A stretch of DNA of 64,000 nt. Source: Elusimicrobiota bacterium (GTDB lineage: Bacteria > Elusimicrobiota > Elusimicrobia > F11). The translations under genes and the position numbers were made by a program. Positions 27,168 to 36,040 of this stretch are shown here, in pieces. The stretch's first letter is position 1; every line of letters begins with the position of its first letter. The notes below the pieces were generated by a model, which searched no databases, was not told the DNA's origin, and was given only the letters and a program-made list of their open reading frames with translations. The stretch covers positions 1 to 64,000 of the forward strand of contig JBGAON010000002.1 in NCBI GenBank assembly GCA_044221725.1, written 5' to 3'.

Positions 27168-30131
27168 ATGAATAGCCACAAACGCGTGCAGAAAAAATTA
27201 ACCAAAGAGGAACTGAATAGTCGGTTATCTGACCGGCAGGTTACTTTGTTGGGTGATTACGAGAATTATCACGCCAAAACCCTCTTTCAATGTGCAAATA
27301 GCCATACTTGGATGGCCGCACCAGCCAATGTGCTTAATGGCACTGGATGTCCCACATGTTCCGGCAATCGTCCTCTAACCCAAGAAATTGCAAACGAAAG
27401 GTTAAAAGCCAGAGGAATCCGGATGTTGGATCCGTATGTCCATCAGAAATCGAAGGCACGGTTTCAGTGCAAGGAGGGGCATATTTGGGAAACATCATCA
27501 GGGACCGTCTTGTATGAAGGAGGCTGTCCGAAATGTTCAAAGGTGTTAGCCGCAAATAAAAAGCGATTAAAACCGGAAGCAATCCAGAAAAGGCTTGAGG
27601 GTCGGGGCATAGTATTGGTGAGCCAATATTCGCACGCCAACGTCAAAGCTAACTTCAAATGTGGACATGGTCATATTTGGGAAGCAACTCCGGCCAGCGT
27701 AATGAGCGGTAATGGCTGCCCGCAATGTTCTGGACGGGTTCCACTAACAAAAGAAATCATTCAATCCCGAATTGAAAAGCGGGGCATAACCATACTCAAT
27801 TTTTCCGGATCTAAATCCAGATCGCGCTTTGGTTGCGGAGAGGGCCACGAATGGGAAACGAGTCCTTCTAATGTAGTTAATGGGTCCGGATGTCCACGCT
27901 GCGCTAAACAGGCTCAAGAAAACCGCTATAGAAAAATCATCGTTGATGGGCGTGAATTTAAATCAATCCAAAGCGCGGCTCGACATTATGGGCGTTCGAG
28001 CAACAATATTGCTTACCGGCTTTCTAAAGGCTGGACACCTGAACAAGCGGTTGGACTTCACCCACGCCCAAGTTTCGCTGGAAACACCGCTGGCATTCCA
28101 GTAAGGGTGCAGGGCCTTGAATTCTCGAACCTCAAACAAGCGGCAAAACATTTCGGGCGTAGCTACACCTACCTCGTTGGCAGATTAAAGGATGGAAAAA
28201 CGATTGAACAGTCGCTCGGTCTGATCAAGCGAACAGATTCACTTCAATCTGAATATCCTGAATTAGCCAAGCAGTGGCACCCTGAAAAAAACCTTCCGCT
28301 AACTGCCGCGTCAGTAACACCTCATTCAGGAATAAAAGCGTGGTGGTATTGCCTGAATGGTCATGATTGGCAGGCTTCAATCAATAGTCGCGCTCGGGGT
28401 GGACACGGTTGCCCATTTTGCGCAGGTCAAAGACCGACAAAAGAAAGAAATTTCGCTGTCAAATTTCCCGAATCGGTCAAGCAATGGGACTTCGAGAAAA
28501 ATCAGAATCTTCGGCCAGAGGAATGTTCAACTCGCTCTAAGAATGACGTTTGGTGGAAATGTGAGCGAGGCCATTCGTGGCATGCGACGATTCAAAATCG
28601 CACAAGAAAGTGGAAGAGCTCATGTCCTTATTGCATGAATCTAAGATTAGGCTTCGACAATAGTCTTGCTCAAGTGCGTCCAGACATAGCAAAAGAATGG
28701 CACCCAACTAAAAATGCTCCCTTAACTCCAAACGATGTTGTGGCAGGTGGAAGCAAACCAAGATGGTGGATTTGTAAGCATGGTCACGAATGGCAAGCAC
28801 CGATAAATCGTCGCGTTATCAACGGATCCGGTTGTTCAAAGTGTTCGTTACAGACTTCAAGAATTGAAATTGCCGTTTATTCAGAACTAACTGCATTGTT
28901 CGAGGACGTAGTTTGGCGGGAAAAAATTGCCGGATATGAGTGTGATATCTATTTGAAAACTCATGACATCGGAATCGAAATTGACGGGGTCTATTGGCAT
29001 AGTCGGAAGCCAGAGTTAGAGGTAAAAAAATCAAAGTTGTTTGAATCAGAAGGATTGCTGTTGTTCCGTCTAAGAGAGAAAGGACTACAAGCCTTAAGTG
29101 AGCGAGATGTGGCTTTTAAATTTTCTGACAAAGAGTTTCACGTCATCTCTCGATTGGTGAATAGCATCTTGAAGCACGCAAATCTTACGGAAGCCCAACG
29201 AGTAAGGCTTCAAAACTATATATCGGGTCCAGGGCTAATTAATGAGAAGTTTTATCACAAGCTAATCTCAAACCTCCCTGCGCCGCCACCGGACCAATCT
29301 TTGGCTGCGAAGAATCCAGCGATTGCAGCGCAGTGGGCTTTCGATCTCAATGCACCTTTGTTGCCCGAGCATTTTCGATGTGGAGCAAACAAATATGTTT
29401 TTTGGCGATGCTCTGACGGACACACTTGGAAAGCATCGATCAACAATCGGGCCTTACAAGGAACAAAATGTCCTGGTTGTCCTGGCAAGTCCACGGTGAC
29501 GGTAAACGAAGACAACAACTTTGCTTCCAAATATCCCCATCTTGTGCGCGAATGGCATCAAGAAAAAAATGGTGACGTCCTTCCTGGAAAAATTAGGCAT
29601 AAATCGAACCAGATATTTTGGTGGTTATGTAGCAAAGGCCATGAATGGAAATCCTCTCCGAGCAGCCGTGCGAGTGGTCACGGGTGCCCATATTGTTACG
29701 GCCGTTTTGCCTCAAAGGAAAATAATCTGGCATATAAATATCCGGAGTTATTAAAGGAATGGGACTATGAAAAGAACATCGGTCTGAATCCTTCTGAATT
29801 TACTCCACATGTAAATAAGAAGGTGTGGTGGAACTGCAAAAATGGTCACAATTACCAGGCAACAATATCCAATCGAACGAGAAATAAGTCGGGATGTCCA
29901 AAATGCGCACAACACGCAAATCGAAAACATTCAATTGACGATTTTGAGAAACTCGCCAATAACCGTGGTGGAAAATGTTTGAGTACTGAATTTACGAGCA
30001 GTAGAGACAAAATGAAATTTTCCTGCAAAGAAGGACATGTATGGGAAACGCGAGCGGATAGCGTTTTGTATACAGATAAATGGTGTCCAGAGTGTGCAAG
30101 AAAAACGCGCAGAACCATTTCAATTTCCTGA
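27168..30131 (+). CDS. Large zinc-ribbon repeat protein (treble-clef/DUF4379-like repeats, NUMOD1-like HTHs, central PD-(D/E)XK/Vsr-like nuclease domain)
   Basis: 11 C-x3-H...C-x2-C units; ECDIYLKTHDIGIEIDGVYWH motif; start taken at ATG 27168. Confidence 0.85.
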   Translation: MNSHKRVQKKLTKEELNSRLSDRQVTLLGDYENYHAKTLFQCANSHTWMAAPANVLNGTGCPTCSGNRPLTQEIANERLKARGIRMLDPYVHQKSKARFQCKEGHIWETSSGTVLYEGGCPKCSKVLAANKKRLKPEAIQKRLEGRGIVLVSQYSHANVKANFKCGHGHIWEATPASVMSGNGCPQCSGRVPLTKEIIQSRIEKRGITILNFSGSKSRSRFGCGEGHEWETSPSNVVNGSGCPRCAKQAQENRYRKIIVDGREFKSIQSAARHYGRSSNNIAYRLSKGWTPEQAVGLHPRPSFAGNTAGIPVRVQGLEFSNLKQAAKHFGRSYTYLVGRLKDGKTIEQSLGLIKRTDSLQSEYPELAKQWHPEKNLPLTAASVTPHSGIKAWWYCLNGHDWQASINSRARGGHGCPFCAGQRPTKERNFAVKFPESVKQWDFEKNQNLRPEECSTRSKNDVWWKCERGHSWHATIQNRTRKWKSSCPYCMNLRLGFDNSLAQVRPDIAKEWHPTKNAPLTPNDVVAGGSKPRWWICKHGHEWQAPINRRVINGSGCSKCSLQTSRIEIAVYSELTALFEDVVWREKIAGYECDIYLKTHDIGIEIDGVYWHSRKPELEVKKSKLFESEGLLLFRLREKGLQALSERDVAFKFSDKEFHVISRLVNSILKHANLTEAQRVRLQNYISGPGLINEKFYHKLISNLPAPPPDQSLAAKNPAIAAQWAFDLNAPLLPEHFRCGANKYVFWRCSDGHTWKASINNRALQGTKCPGCPGKSTVTVNEDNNFASKYPHLVREWHQEKNGDVLPGKIRHKSNQIFWWLCSKGHEWKSSPSSRASGHGCPYCYGRFASKENNLAYKYPELLKEWDYEKNIGLNPSEFTPHVNKKVWWNCKNGHNYQATISNRTRNKSGCPKCAQHANRKHSIDDFEKLANNRGGKCLSTEFTSSRDKMKFSCKEGHVWETRADSVLYTDKWCPECARKTRRTISIS

Positions 30132-30278
30132 AAAATTCCTCCGATTGATTTGTGGCCCATTTGGTTCTTTTATCGCCCTTTGGTTCCAATCAGAGCAGCA
30201 AGAAATATCCATAGATCAGCCAAGCTTTGATCAGGTAAATTATTGTCATGGATACGTTTTTAAACGCAGAGAAAACGC

Positions 30279-30653
30279 GTGCCAGGTAGGCCGTTTGAGG
30301 CTGGAAATACAGCAGCAGTTGGGCATGGCAGGCCGAAAGGATCGAGCCGTGTGCTGACTTGCAAAGAATTTGCGGAGCGGGAAGGGTATCAGCGATTAAT
30401 TGGTCTCGCTCGCGGGGAAAGTTATCGGGTGACAAGAAACGGTCAGGATGTCGACTTGTATCCGGACCTCGATTTGATTTTTGAGTCCCTCAAACTTCTT
30501 ATGGCCTATGGAATTGGTAAGCCCGCTCAACTTCTAAATGTCACCCACAATGTTGAATCACTTGCCGATTGGGTCGCCGTGCATTTTGCATCTCAAAAAA
30601 ATCTCGCCGGAACTCCCGCTGAAAAAAAGCTTATTGACATTGATACTAAGTAG
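30279..30653 (+). CDS. DUF5681-like protein, possible terminase small subunit
   Basis: N-terminal GRPFEAGN...GRPKG motif typical of this phage family. Confidence 0.55.
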   Translation: MPGRPFEAGNTAAVGHGRPKGSSRVLTCKEFAEREGYQRLIGLARGESYRVTRNGQDVDLYPDLDLIFESLKLLMAYGIGKPAQLLNVTHNVESLADWVAVHFASQKNLAGTPAEKKLIDIDTK

Positions 30654-30669
30654 TTGATACCATGCTCGC
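30634..30669 (+). promoter_or_regulatory. Sigma70 promoter for a leaderless HTH-regulator mRNA, overlapped by 14-bp-period direct repeats
   Basis: TTGACA-18 nt-TACCAT with TG extension; ATG 6 nt after the -10; TTGATAC twice. Confidence 0.75.
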
Positions 30670-31176
30670 ATGAAAGCTGAAATCGATCATGGCCATCGCC
30701 GTTTCTTGAATATCCGAGAAGTCGCGCAAGAAACCGGATTGTCGATTCCCACCATCAAGAGGTATTCCTCTCTCAAGCTTATAACTGCACCCACTCGTGA
30801 ATCATACGGGCGAGAGGGATTCAAAGGACTTTGGTCTGTTGATGTGGTTGAAGAGATTTCAAGAATTAGCGAATTGAAAAAAGAAGGGCTTCAGATAGAG
30901 GAAATACGGGAAAAGATGAAATCCGAACCAAAGTATCGAACTTTGGTTGAGTCCTCAAATGGATATTACGATGACACCAAAATGCTTTCACTGATACGTG
31001 CAGTCCAAAACATCATGCCATCAGATGTAAATCAGGCGATCGTTTTCCAGGCGACTAAAAAAGTTGCCAAGCAATTTCTTGCCCGTGTTGAGAGGCTTAG
31101 TCGCAAAGCGCAAAAGGTATATCCCGAGTATCCAAAGGGGTACGCGGCGGGCAAGAGCAAGAAGATAAAAGCGTAA
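30670..31176 (+). CDS. MerR-like HTH regulator
   Basis: LNIREVAQETGLSIPTIKRY...LKKEGLQIEEIRE. Confidence 0.8.
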   Translation: MKAEIDHGHRRFLNIREVAQETGLSIPTIKRYSSLKLITAPTRESYGREGFKGLWSVDVVEEISRISELKKEGLQIEEIREKMKSEPKYRTLVESSNGYYDDTKMLSLIRAVQNIMPSDVNQAIVFQATKKVAKQFLARVERLSRKAQKVYPEYPKGYAAGKSKKIKA

Positions 31177-31191
31177 AATTTTTTTGTCTTT

Positions 31192-31216
31192 CATGGTATT
31201 AAACACATGGTATTAA
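31192..31216 (-). promoter_or_regulatory. Direct-repeat operator upstream of the replication operon
   Basis: CATGGTATTAA twice at 14-bp period; reverse complement matches 30640-30664 at 19/25. Confidence 0.7.
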
Positions 31217-31244
31217 TAATTAACAGAGAACGAGGTAGCTAACG

Positions 31245-32105
31245 GTGGCGAGATCCCGAGCCTTACATCAGAGATTTTTCTCAAGTGAACACAATCAACG
31301 CCTGAACGATCGGCAGCGCCTCCTATTTTTGGGCCTGATCTCTACCGCCAACGACCAAGGCAAGCAGCGGGGAAATCCTGCCATCGTTAGGGCGACCATA
31401 TTTCCCTACGATGAAATCCCATTAATGGATATCGAAAACGATTTGCGTGTTTTAGATAAGGAGGGCTTGATTGCCTGCTACCAAATCGGTGACTCCCACT
31501 ACATAAAGATTTGCAAATGGGACTCCTATCAGAGAGTCGAACATCCTGGAAAGGATGATTGCCCCAACCCGAGTATTCAGGCTACACCATCCTCCAATAT
31601 CATCGATGGAAGAGTGCATTCAGGCAGTTTTCCCGAGGATTTCGGGAAACCTTCACGAAACTCTCATGAAACCCTCATGAAGAATGAGAGAGGCGCTCTT
31701 GTAGAAGAGAAGTTAAGAGAAGAGAAGGAAGTTAGCGCAGCGACCATCGTCACCGAAGGCGCAGCGCAATCCAACGGTAGCCCTGAAAACCTAAGCCCAC
31801 CAGAAAATCCCACGAGTTCTCCAGAAATCGCTAACGCGATCTTTACATTCCCAACGAATGGATCCGTCAAGTCTTGGGACTTAACTCTCGAACGAATCAT
31901 TACCATGCGTGATCTATATCCTGGAGTTGATGTCGATCTTGAAACCAGAAAGGCCCTTCAATGGACAATCGACAATCCGAGTCGACGCAAAACAGTGAAA
32001 GGTATGCCGCGTTTTATTTCTTCTTGGCTCGAAAGAGCTCAAAACAAGTCAGCAGGGACCAAATCGAGAGCTGACAAAGGATCCGCGACATGGCCGACGG
32101 AATAA
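31245..32105 (+). CDS. Phage-type replication initiator
   Basis: N-terminal MAR.R...FF/RLLFLGL...DDQG-like wHTH region, low-complexity linker, C-terminal YPGVDV...W...NP.RRKT..GM.RFI..WL; directly upstream of a helicase. Confidence 0.75.
   Translation: MARSRALHQRFFSSEHNQRLNDRQRLLFLGLISTANDQGKQRGNPAIVRATIFPYDEIPLMDIENDLRVLDKEGLIACYQIGDSHYIKICKWDSYQRVEHPGKDDCPNPSIQATPSSNIIDGRVHSGSFPEDFGKPSRNSHETLMKNERGALVEEKLREEKEVSAATIVTEGAAQSNGSPENLSPPENPTSSPEIANAIFTFPTNGSVKSWDLTLERIITMRDLYPGVDVDLETRKALQWTIDNPSRRKTVKGMPRFISSWLERAQNKSAGTKSRADKGSATWPTE
31629..31681 (+). repeat. Iteron-like repeats inside the initiator gene (putative origin)
   Basis: GAAACCTTCAC/GAAACTCTCAT/GAAACCCTCAT 11-bp tandem plus inverted repeat TTTCCCGA..TCGGGAAA. 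Confidence 0.6.
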
Positions 32106-32926
32106 ACGAGCAAGTGAGTGAGTTGTTAAAAGCGGAAGAACGTCTTGCGCAATACGCAGGGCCGGATCGGGTCATCCATCACACTGAATTTCCACGCGAG
32201 GAACAGCAGAAGGAACATTTTTACTCTGGTATCGGTGAGCTCGATGCCGAGGTTGAGGGATTTCAACGAGGTGAGCTGGTCACGATTTCTGGTTACACGG
32301 GCCAAGGCAAAACAACATTGGCCGATACACTCGCGAAAAGGTTCATGGACACTGGAAACCCCGTCTTGTTCTTTTCATTTGAGGTTCAAATGACGGCCTT
32401 TCTTGAGAAGTATCGCGAGTCGAAAGCGTCACCTCTTTACATTCCTCTTACACTCGAAACAATGAATTTACCCTGGATCCGTGATCGCGTGCTTGAAGCG
32501 AAAGCAAAACATGGTTGCGAGGTTGTCGTAATTGATCACCTGCATTTCATAGTTGATATGGCCTTCAGGCAAAACATGTCTCTCAATATCGGTGCCTGTA
32601 TGCGTTATCTCAAAAAAGAAGTGGCCTCGATGTTAAATGTCCTTGTCATTCTTCTGGCTCATACGGCACAACCTACTGATAACGGTGAAGAATTACACCT
32701 TGGAAAGATTCGTGATTCTTCCTTCATCGCGCAGGAGAGCGATATGGTTTTAATGATCATGCGATTAGCCGATCGCCCACCTGGAAACCAAAAGCTGATT
32801 GCTCCTTCATTTTCCCAAAATCGATCTCGTTTAATGATTGAGAAAGCACGAAGAACCGGTGCATTCAAAAAGCGAATAACACTTGTTAAGCGCGGGCATT
32901 GGTTTGAAGAGGAGCTGCCTACATGA
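32090..32926 (+). CDS. DnaB-like SF4 helicase (C-terminal ATPase domain only)
   Basis: SGYTGQGKT, FFSFE, VIDHLH, IRDSSFIAQESD, KAR. Confidence 0.88.
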   Translation: MADGINEQVSELLKAEERLAQYAGPDRVIHHTEFPREEQQKEHFYSGIGELDAEVEGFQRGELVTISGYTGQGKTTLADTLAKRFMDTGNPVLFFSFEVQMTAFLEKYRESKASPLYIPLTLETMNLPWIRDRVLEAKAKHGCEVVVIDHLHFIVDMAFRQNMSLNIGACMRYLKKEVASMLNVLVILLAHTAQPTDNGEELHLGKIRDSSFIAQESDMVLMIMRLADRPPGNQKLIAPSFSQNRSRLMIEKARRTGAFKKRITLVKRGHWFEEELPT

Positions 32927-33567
32927 TCGATGGACGTGATTTCGTCATTTCTCATCTGTACGAAACGTTTCATAACCGTCCTGGTTGGCTGGCGGAAGTG
33001 ATCAAGCTCGACATACTTGATAAGGGTGAATTGGAAGATTTGGAGCGGCTTGCCGAATACCGAGACTCGGTAGAAATTGAAATAGAAAAGTGGTGTCGAA
33101 GTCTTCCAGCTTTTTACCAGATTGATGCGTTGGATTCTGATGACGAAAAATTATCTGAAGTTATGAGACGCCTTGCCGAGATTGAAGCGGCATTAGCCGA
33201 ATCTTGGCAACGGAACGATCACTATATTTTCAGGCAGGGAATTAGAGCCCGATCGAACTACAAACAATTGTGTGCTTATCGAGAAAAGCTACTACGGCGT
33301 GTTCATCATAAAGAGCCAGTGGCATTTCGATTGTCCGAAAGTCGATTGGAGCAGGCCCGTCAGGTCCCATTAGAAAAGCTGGTTCAGCCAAACGCCAGAG
33401 GGTATGTGAATTGTCTTTGGCACGAGGACGAGAATCCATCGATGTTGGTCAAAAACGGATATGCATGGTGTTTTGCTTGCTGCACTTGGGCTGATTCGAT
33501 CAAGTGGATACAACAAGAAAGAGGTCTCTCATTTGGAGAGGCCGTTTCGTGGTTAACTGCTATATGA
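32923..33567 (+). CDS. CHC2 zinc-finger (primase Zn-binding domain) protein
   Basis: CLWHEDENPS...WCFAC...DSI.W......SFGEAV. Confidence 0.8.
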   Translation: MIDGRDFVISHLYETFHNRPGWLAEVIKLDILDKGELEDLERLAEYRDSVEIEIEKWCRSLPAFYQIDALDSDDEKLSEVMRRLAEIEAALAESWQRNDHYIFRQGIRARSNYKQLCAYREKLLRRVHHKEPVAFRLSESRLEQARQVPLEKLVQPNARGYVNCLWHEDENPSMLVKNGYAWCFACCTWADSIKWIQQERGLSFGEAVSWLTAI

Positions 33568-34133
33568 CCGATATGTCTCTGCCATTATTTCAGAAGTATT
33601 CAACCGTAGTTGCCGACCCCCCGTGGCAATTTCGGCGGCAACCGCGTTCAGTCAGTCCTGGATATAAGCTCCTGACTTTGGACGAAATAAAAAGAATCCC
33701 ACTAAAAGATATTTCCAAAGAAAACTCTCATCTGTATCTATGGATTCCAAATGCGTTTATCAAAGAAGGTGTGGAAGTAATGCAGGCATGGGGATTTGAA
33801 TATAAGACCGTAATCACTTGGGCAAAACACCAAATTGGGGTCGGTAATCATTTCAGAAATTCCACCGAGCAAATTCTCTTTGGAGTGCGTGGGCGTCTTC
33901 CATTGTTGCGCCGTGATTTGCGGACCTGGTTCTTAGCTGACCGCCGCCAACACAGTCGCAAGCCCGACGAATTTTATCGACTGGTGGAATCAGCCTCGCC
34001 GGCGCCGCGGATCGATATTTTTTCGCGTGAAAAGCGAGAGGGATGGGACCAATGGGGAGACCAAATTAATTTTTTCAATCAACAAATACAGGAGGCAGAC
34101 CATGTCGGAACAAAAACCACTACTAACAGCTAA
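33564..34133 (+). CDS. MT-A70 family adenine methyltransferase
   Basis: ADPPW, LYLW, AWGFEY, W.K, FRNSTE, HSRKP, IFSRE. Confidence 0.92.
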   Translation: MTDMSLPLFQKYSTVVADPPWQFRRQPRSVSPGYKLLTLDEIKRIPLKDISKENSHLYLWIPNAFIKEGVEVMQAWGFEYKTVITWAKHQIGVGNHFRNSTEQILFGVRGRLPLLRRDLRTWFLADRRQHSRKPDEFYRLVESASPAPRIDIFSREKREGWDQWGDQINFFNQQIQEADHVGTKTTTNS

Positions 34134-34296
34134 GCAAGCAGCAGTATTTTTGGGTGTATCGATTTTCACTCTGTACGGATGGACCAGCGCCGGGAAAATT
34201 CCTCACAGGAAAGTTGGGAGCCTCCTGCGGTTCGACGAAAACGAGCTCGTTCAGTGGACGAAGTTGCACGGCCAACTGGCAGTAAAAATAGCTTGA
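34102..34296 (+). CDS. Excisionase-family HTH protein
   Basis: LLTAKQAAVFLGVS..TLY.W...GKIP..KVG..LRF; SD GGAGG. Confidence 0.88.
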   Translation: MSEQKPLLTAKQAAVFLGVSIFTLYGWTSAGKIPHRKVGSLLRFDENELVQWTKLHGQLAVKIA

Positions 34297-34325
34297 TCGA
34301 TCGAGATGATCTGATCAATGATCGG
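34295..34325 (-). repeat. Inverted copy of the 19-bp motif / GATC cluster upstream of the integrase
   Basis: Reverse complement of 34307-34325 is CCGATCATTGATCAGATCA (16/19); five GATC within 34295-34323. Confidence 0.7.
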
Positions 34326-34372
34326 TAGGTTTAGCTGTGTTTATTTAAGTCTATCGATTGTGAGGTGAATTT

Positions 34373-35485
34373 ATGGCTATTAGGTTGATCGATTCGCAAA
34401 AGAAAAAATATCGGATTTCTTTCTGGTATCGAAAACGGCATTACGCCAAGGTGGTCTGTGGTAATAGAGGAATCGCCGCAGACTTGGAGGCTCGAATGAG
34501 AACCGCGCTTGCAGAAAATCGTTACTTTCCTGAACGGAAAATTAGAGAGATGTCATTCAAGGATGTTGCGAAAAAGTTTTTGGCTGAATGCCGAACATTT
34601 GAGCGGTCCAAACATAAAGTGCGAATTTATATAGCAGGGTGTCTAAAAGAGTTTGGAGTCATGAAAATGAATGAAATCCGCTCGCAAGATGTCGCGAGCT
34701 TTCGAGATGAACTTGGTAAGCGAATGAGTCCCGTTTCTGTAAACCACTATCACCGTGTTCTGAGAAGGTTATTCAACTGGGCAAAAGAAGAACATTTGTT
34801 CTTAGGTGAGAATCCTGCGTCCGGTAAAAGGGTCCCGTTGGCAAATGAGCGTCCGTTTTGGCGATCTGAATTTTTATCGGAAGAAGAGCTGCAGAAAATT
34901 CTTGAAGTGGCAGATGAAAAAATAAAACCAATTATCCTTTGCGCGGCATTGACGGGGATGCGTTTAAATGAAATCAAGCGAATGAAAGGACAGGATGTTG
35001 ATTTAGATCGGTGCGTGATTCGGATTCCAGAGAGTAAAAATGGGGAATCTGGATGGGTTCCAATCCCTGATACGCTTTATTCGGCCATTGCTCCCGTTAT
35101 CAAAAATAGCTCTGCGGCAGAAAACCAAGTATTCAACTTCACAAATTTCGAGCGAATGTGGAAACGAGCTCGGTTGAATGCAGGAATTAAGATGCGATTC
35201 CATACCCTTAGGCACACTTACGGCTCGCATTTAATGATGAAAACGGGAAATCAGGGGGCAGTGCAATCACTGCTCCGACACAAATCCCCTGCTATGACGG
35301 CCCGCTATGCACACTTGGCACCAAGCTTTTTGAGGCAAGCAGCGCTTACTCTCGACAAAATGTTTCCGTCAAAAGGTCCTGCGTTGAACAACGGGGCAGC
35401 TGAGGCCGCAACCATTTCAACCGAGGAGTTATCTGATTCAGGAGGGCACTTAATTTTAGACACAAAAGAAAATAAAAATGAGTAA
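34373..35485 (+). CDS. Tyrosine recombinase/integrase
   Basis: TGMRLNE (R), SKNG (K), HTLRH, LRH, TARYAH (Y); N-terminal arm-binding-like region. Confidence 0.96.
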   Translation: MAIRLIDSQKKKYRISFWYRKRHYAKVVCGNRGIAADLEARMRTALAENRYFPERKIREMSFKDVAKKFLAECRTFERSKHKVRIYIAGCLKEFGVMKMNEIRSQDVASFRDELGKRMSPVSVNHYHRVLRRLFNWAKEEHLFLGENPASGKRVPLANERPFWRSEFLSEEELQKILEVADEKIKPIILCAALTGMRLNEIKRMKGQDVDLDRCVIRIPESKNGESGWVPIPDTLYSAIAPVIKNSSAAENQVFNFTNFERMWKRARLNAGIKMRFHTLRHTYGSHLMMKTGNQGAVQSLLRHKSPAMTARYAHLAPSFLRQAALTLDKMFPSKGPALNNGAAEAATISTEELSDSGGHLILDTKENKNE

Positions 35486-35496
35486 CGGAGGAAATT

Positions 35497-36036
35497 ATGA
35501 TCATAGCTGCAGATGTTGGGTGTGAAAAATGTAACTCAAAAATAACGCATTTGAAGGATATTCAAATCGAGCAATTTGATTCGGTCCGGCTTTCGATTTG
35601 TGAATGCCTAGATTATTTTAATGCAGAGCTGAGCACCAAGGATCCGCGAGAGAAGGAAATCGAAATGCTACTGCGCGGAGAAGGTATTGCAAGAGAACGA
35701 ATTCCAGACGTTATTTTTAAGATTGGGCTTGTGATGACTGATGATGGATTGGGATTTGGCGACCTTACACTACATATTGGTATTGGAACAATAGAGCCGG
35801 TGTGGAATGCCTTGATTCAGAGATGGCCTCTACCAGAGTTTCCAGACGAAAATCCAGAAAACATCCAATCTGATTGCAAGGTCGATTTGGATTTATTGAT
35901 GTTGGAAGTATTTAGAAATCAAAAGAAAAAATATTTAAAAAATGAAGATATCAACCGGATGTTTCGGTGGCCATTAAAATTATTGGCTGCGGCGGGAAGA
36001 ATCCATCTTGGCAAGGAATGCTGGCGTCTCAAATAG
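35497..36036 (+). CDS. Hypothetical protein (CxxC...CxC N-terminus)
   Basis: SD GGAGG; lies in an operon between the integrase and terminase. Confidence 0.7.
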   Translation: MIIAADVGCEKCNSKITHLKDIQIEQFDSVRLSICECLDYFNAELSTKDPREKEIEMLLRGEGIARERIPDVIFKIGLVMTDDGLGFGDLTLHIGIGTIEPVWNALIQRWPLPEFPDENPENIQSDCKVDLDLLMLEVFRNQKKKYLKNEDINRMFRWPLKLLAAAGRIHLGKECWRLK

Positions 36037-36040
36037 TTCT

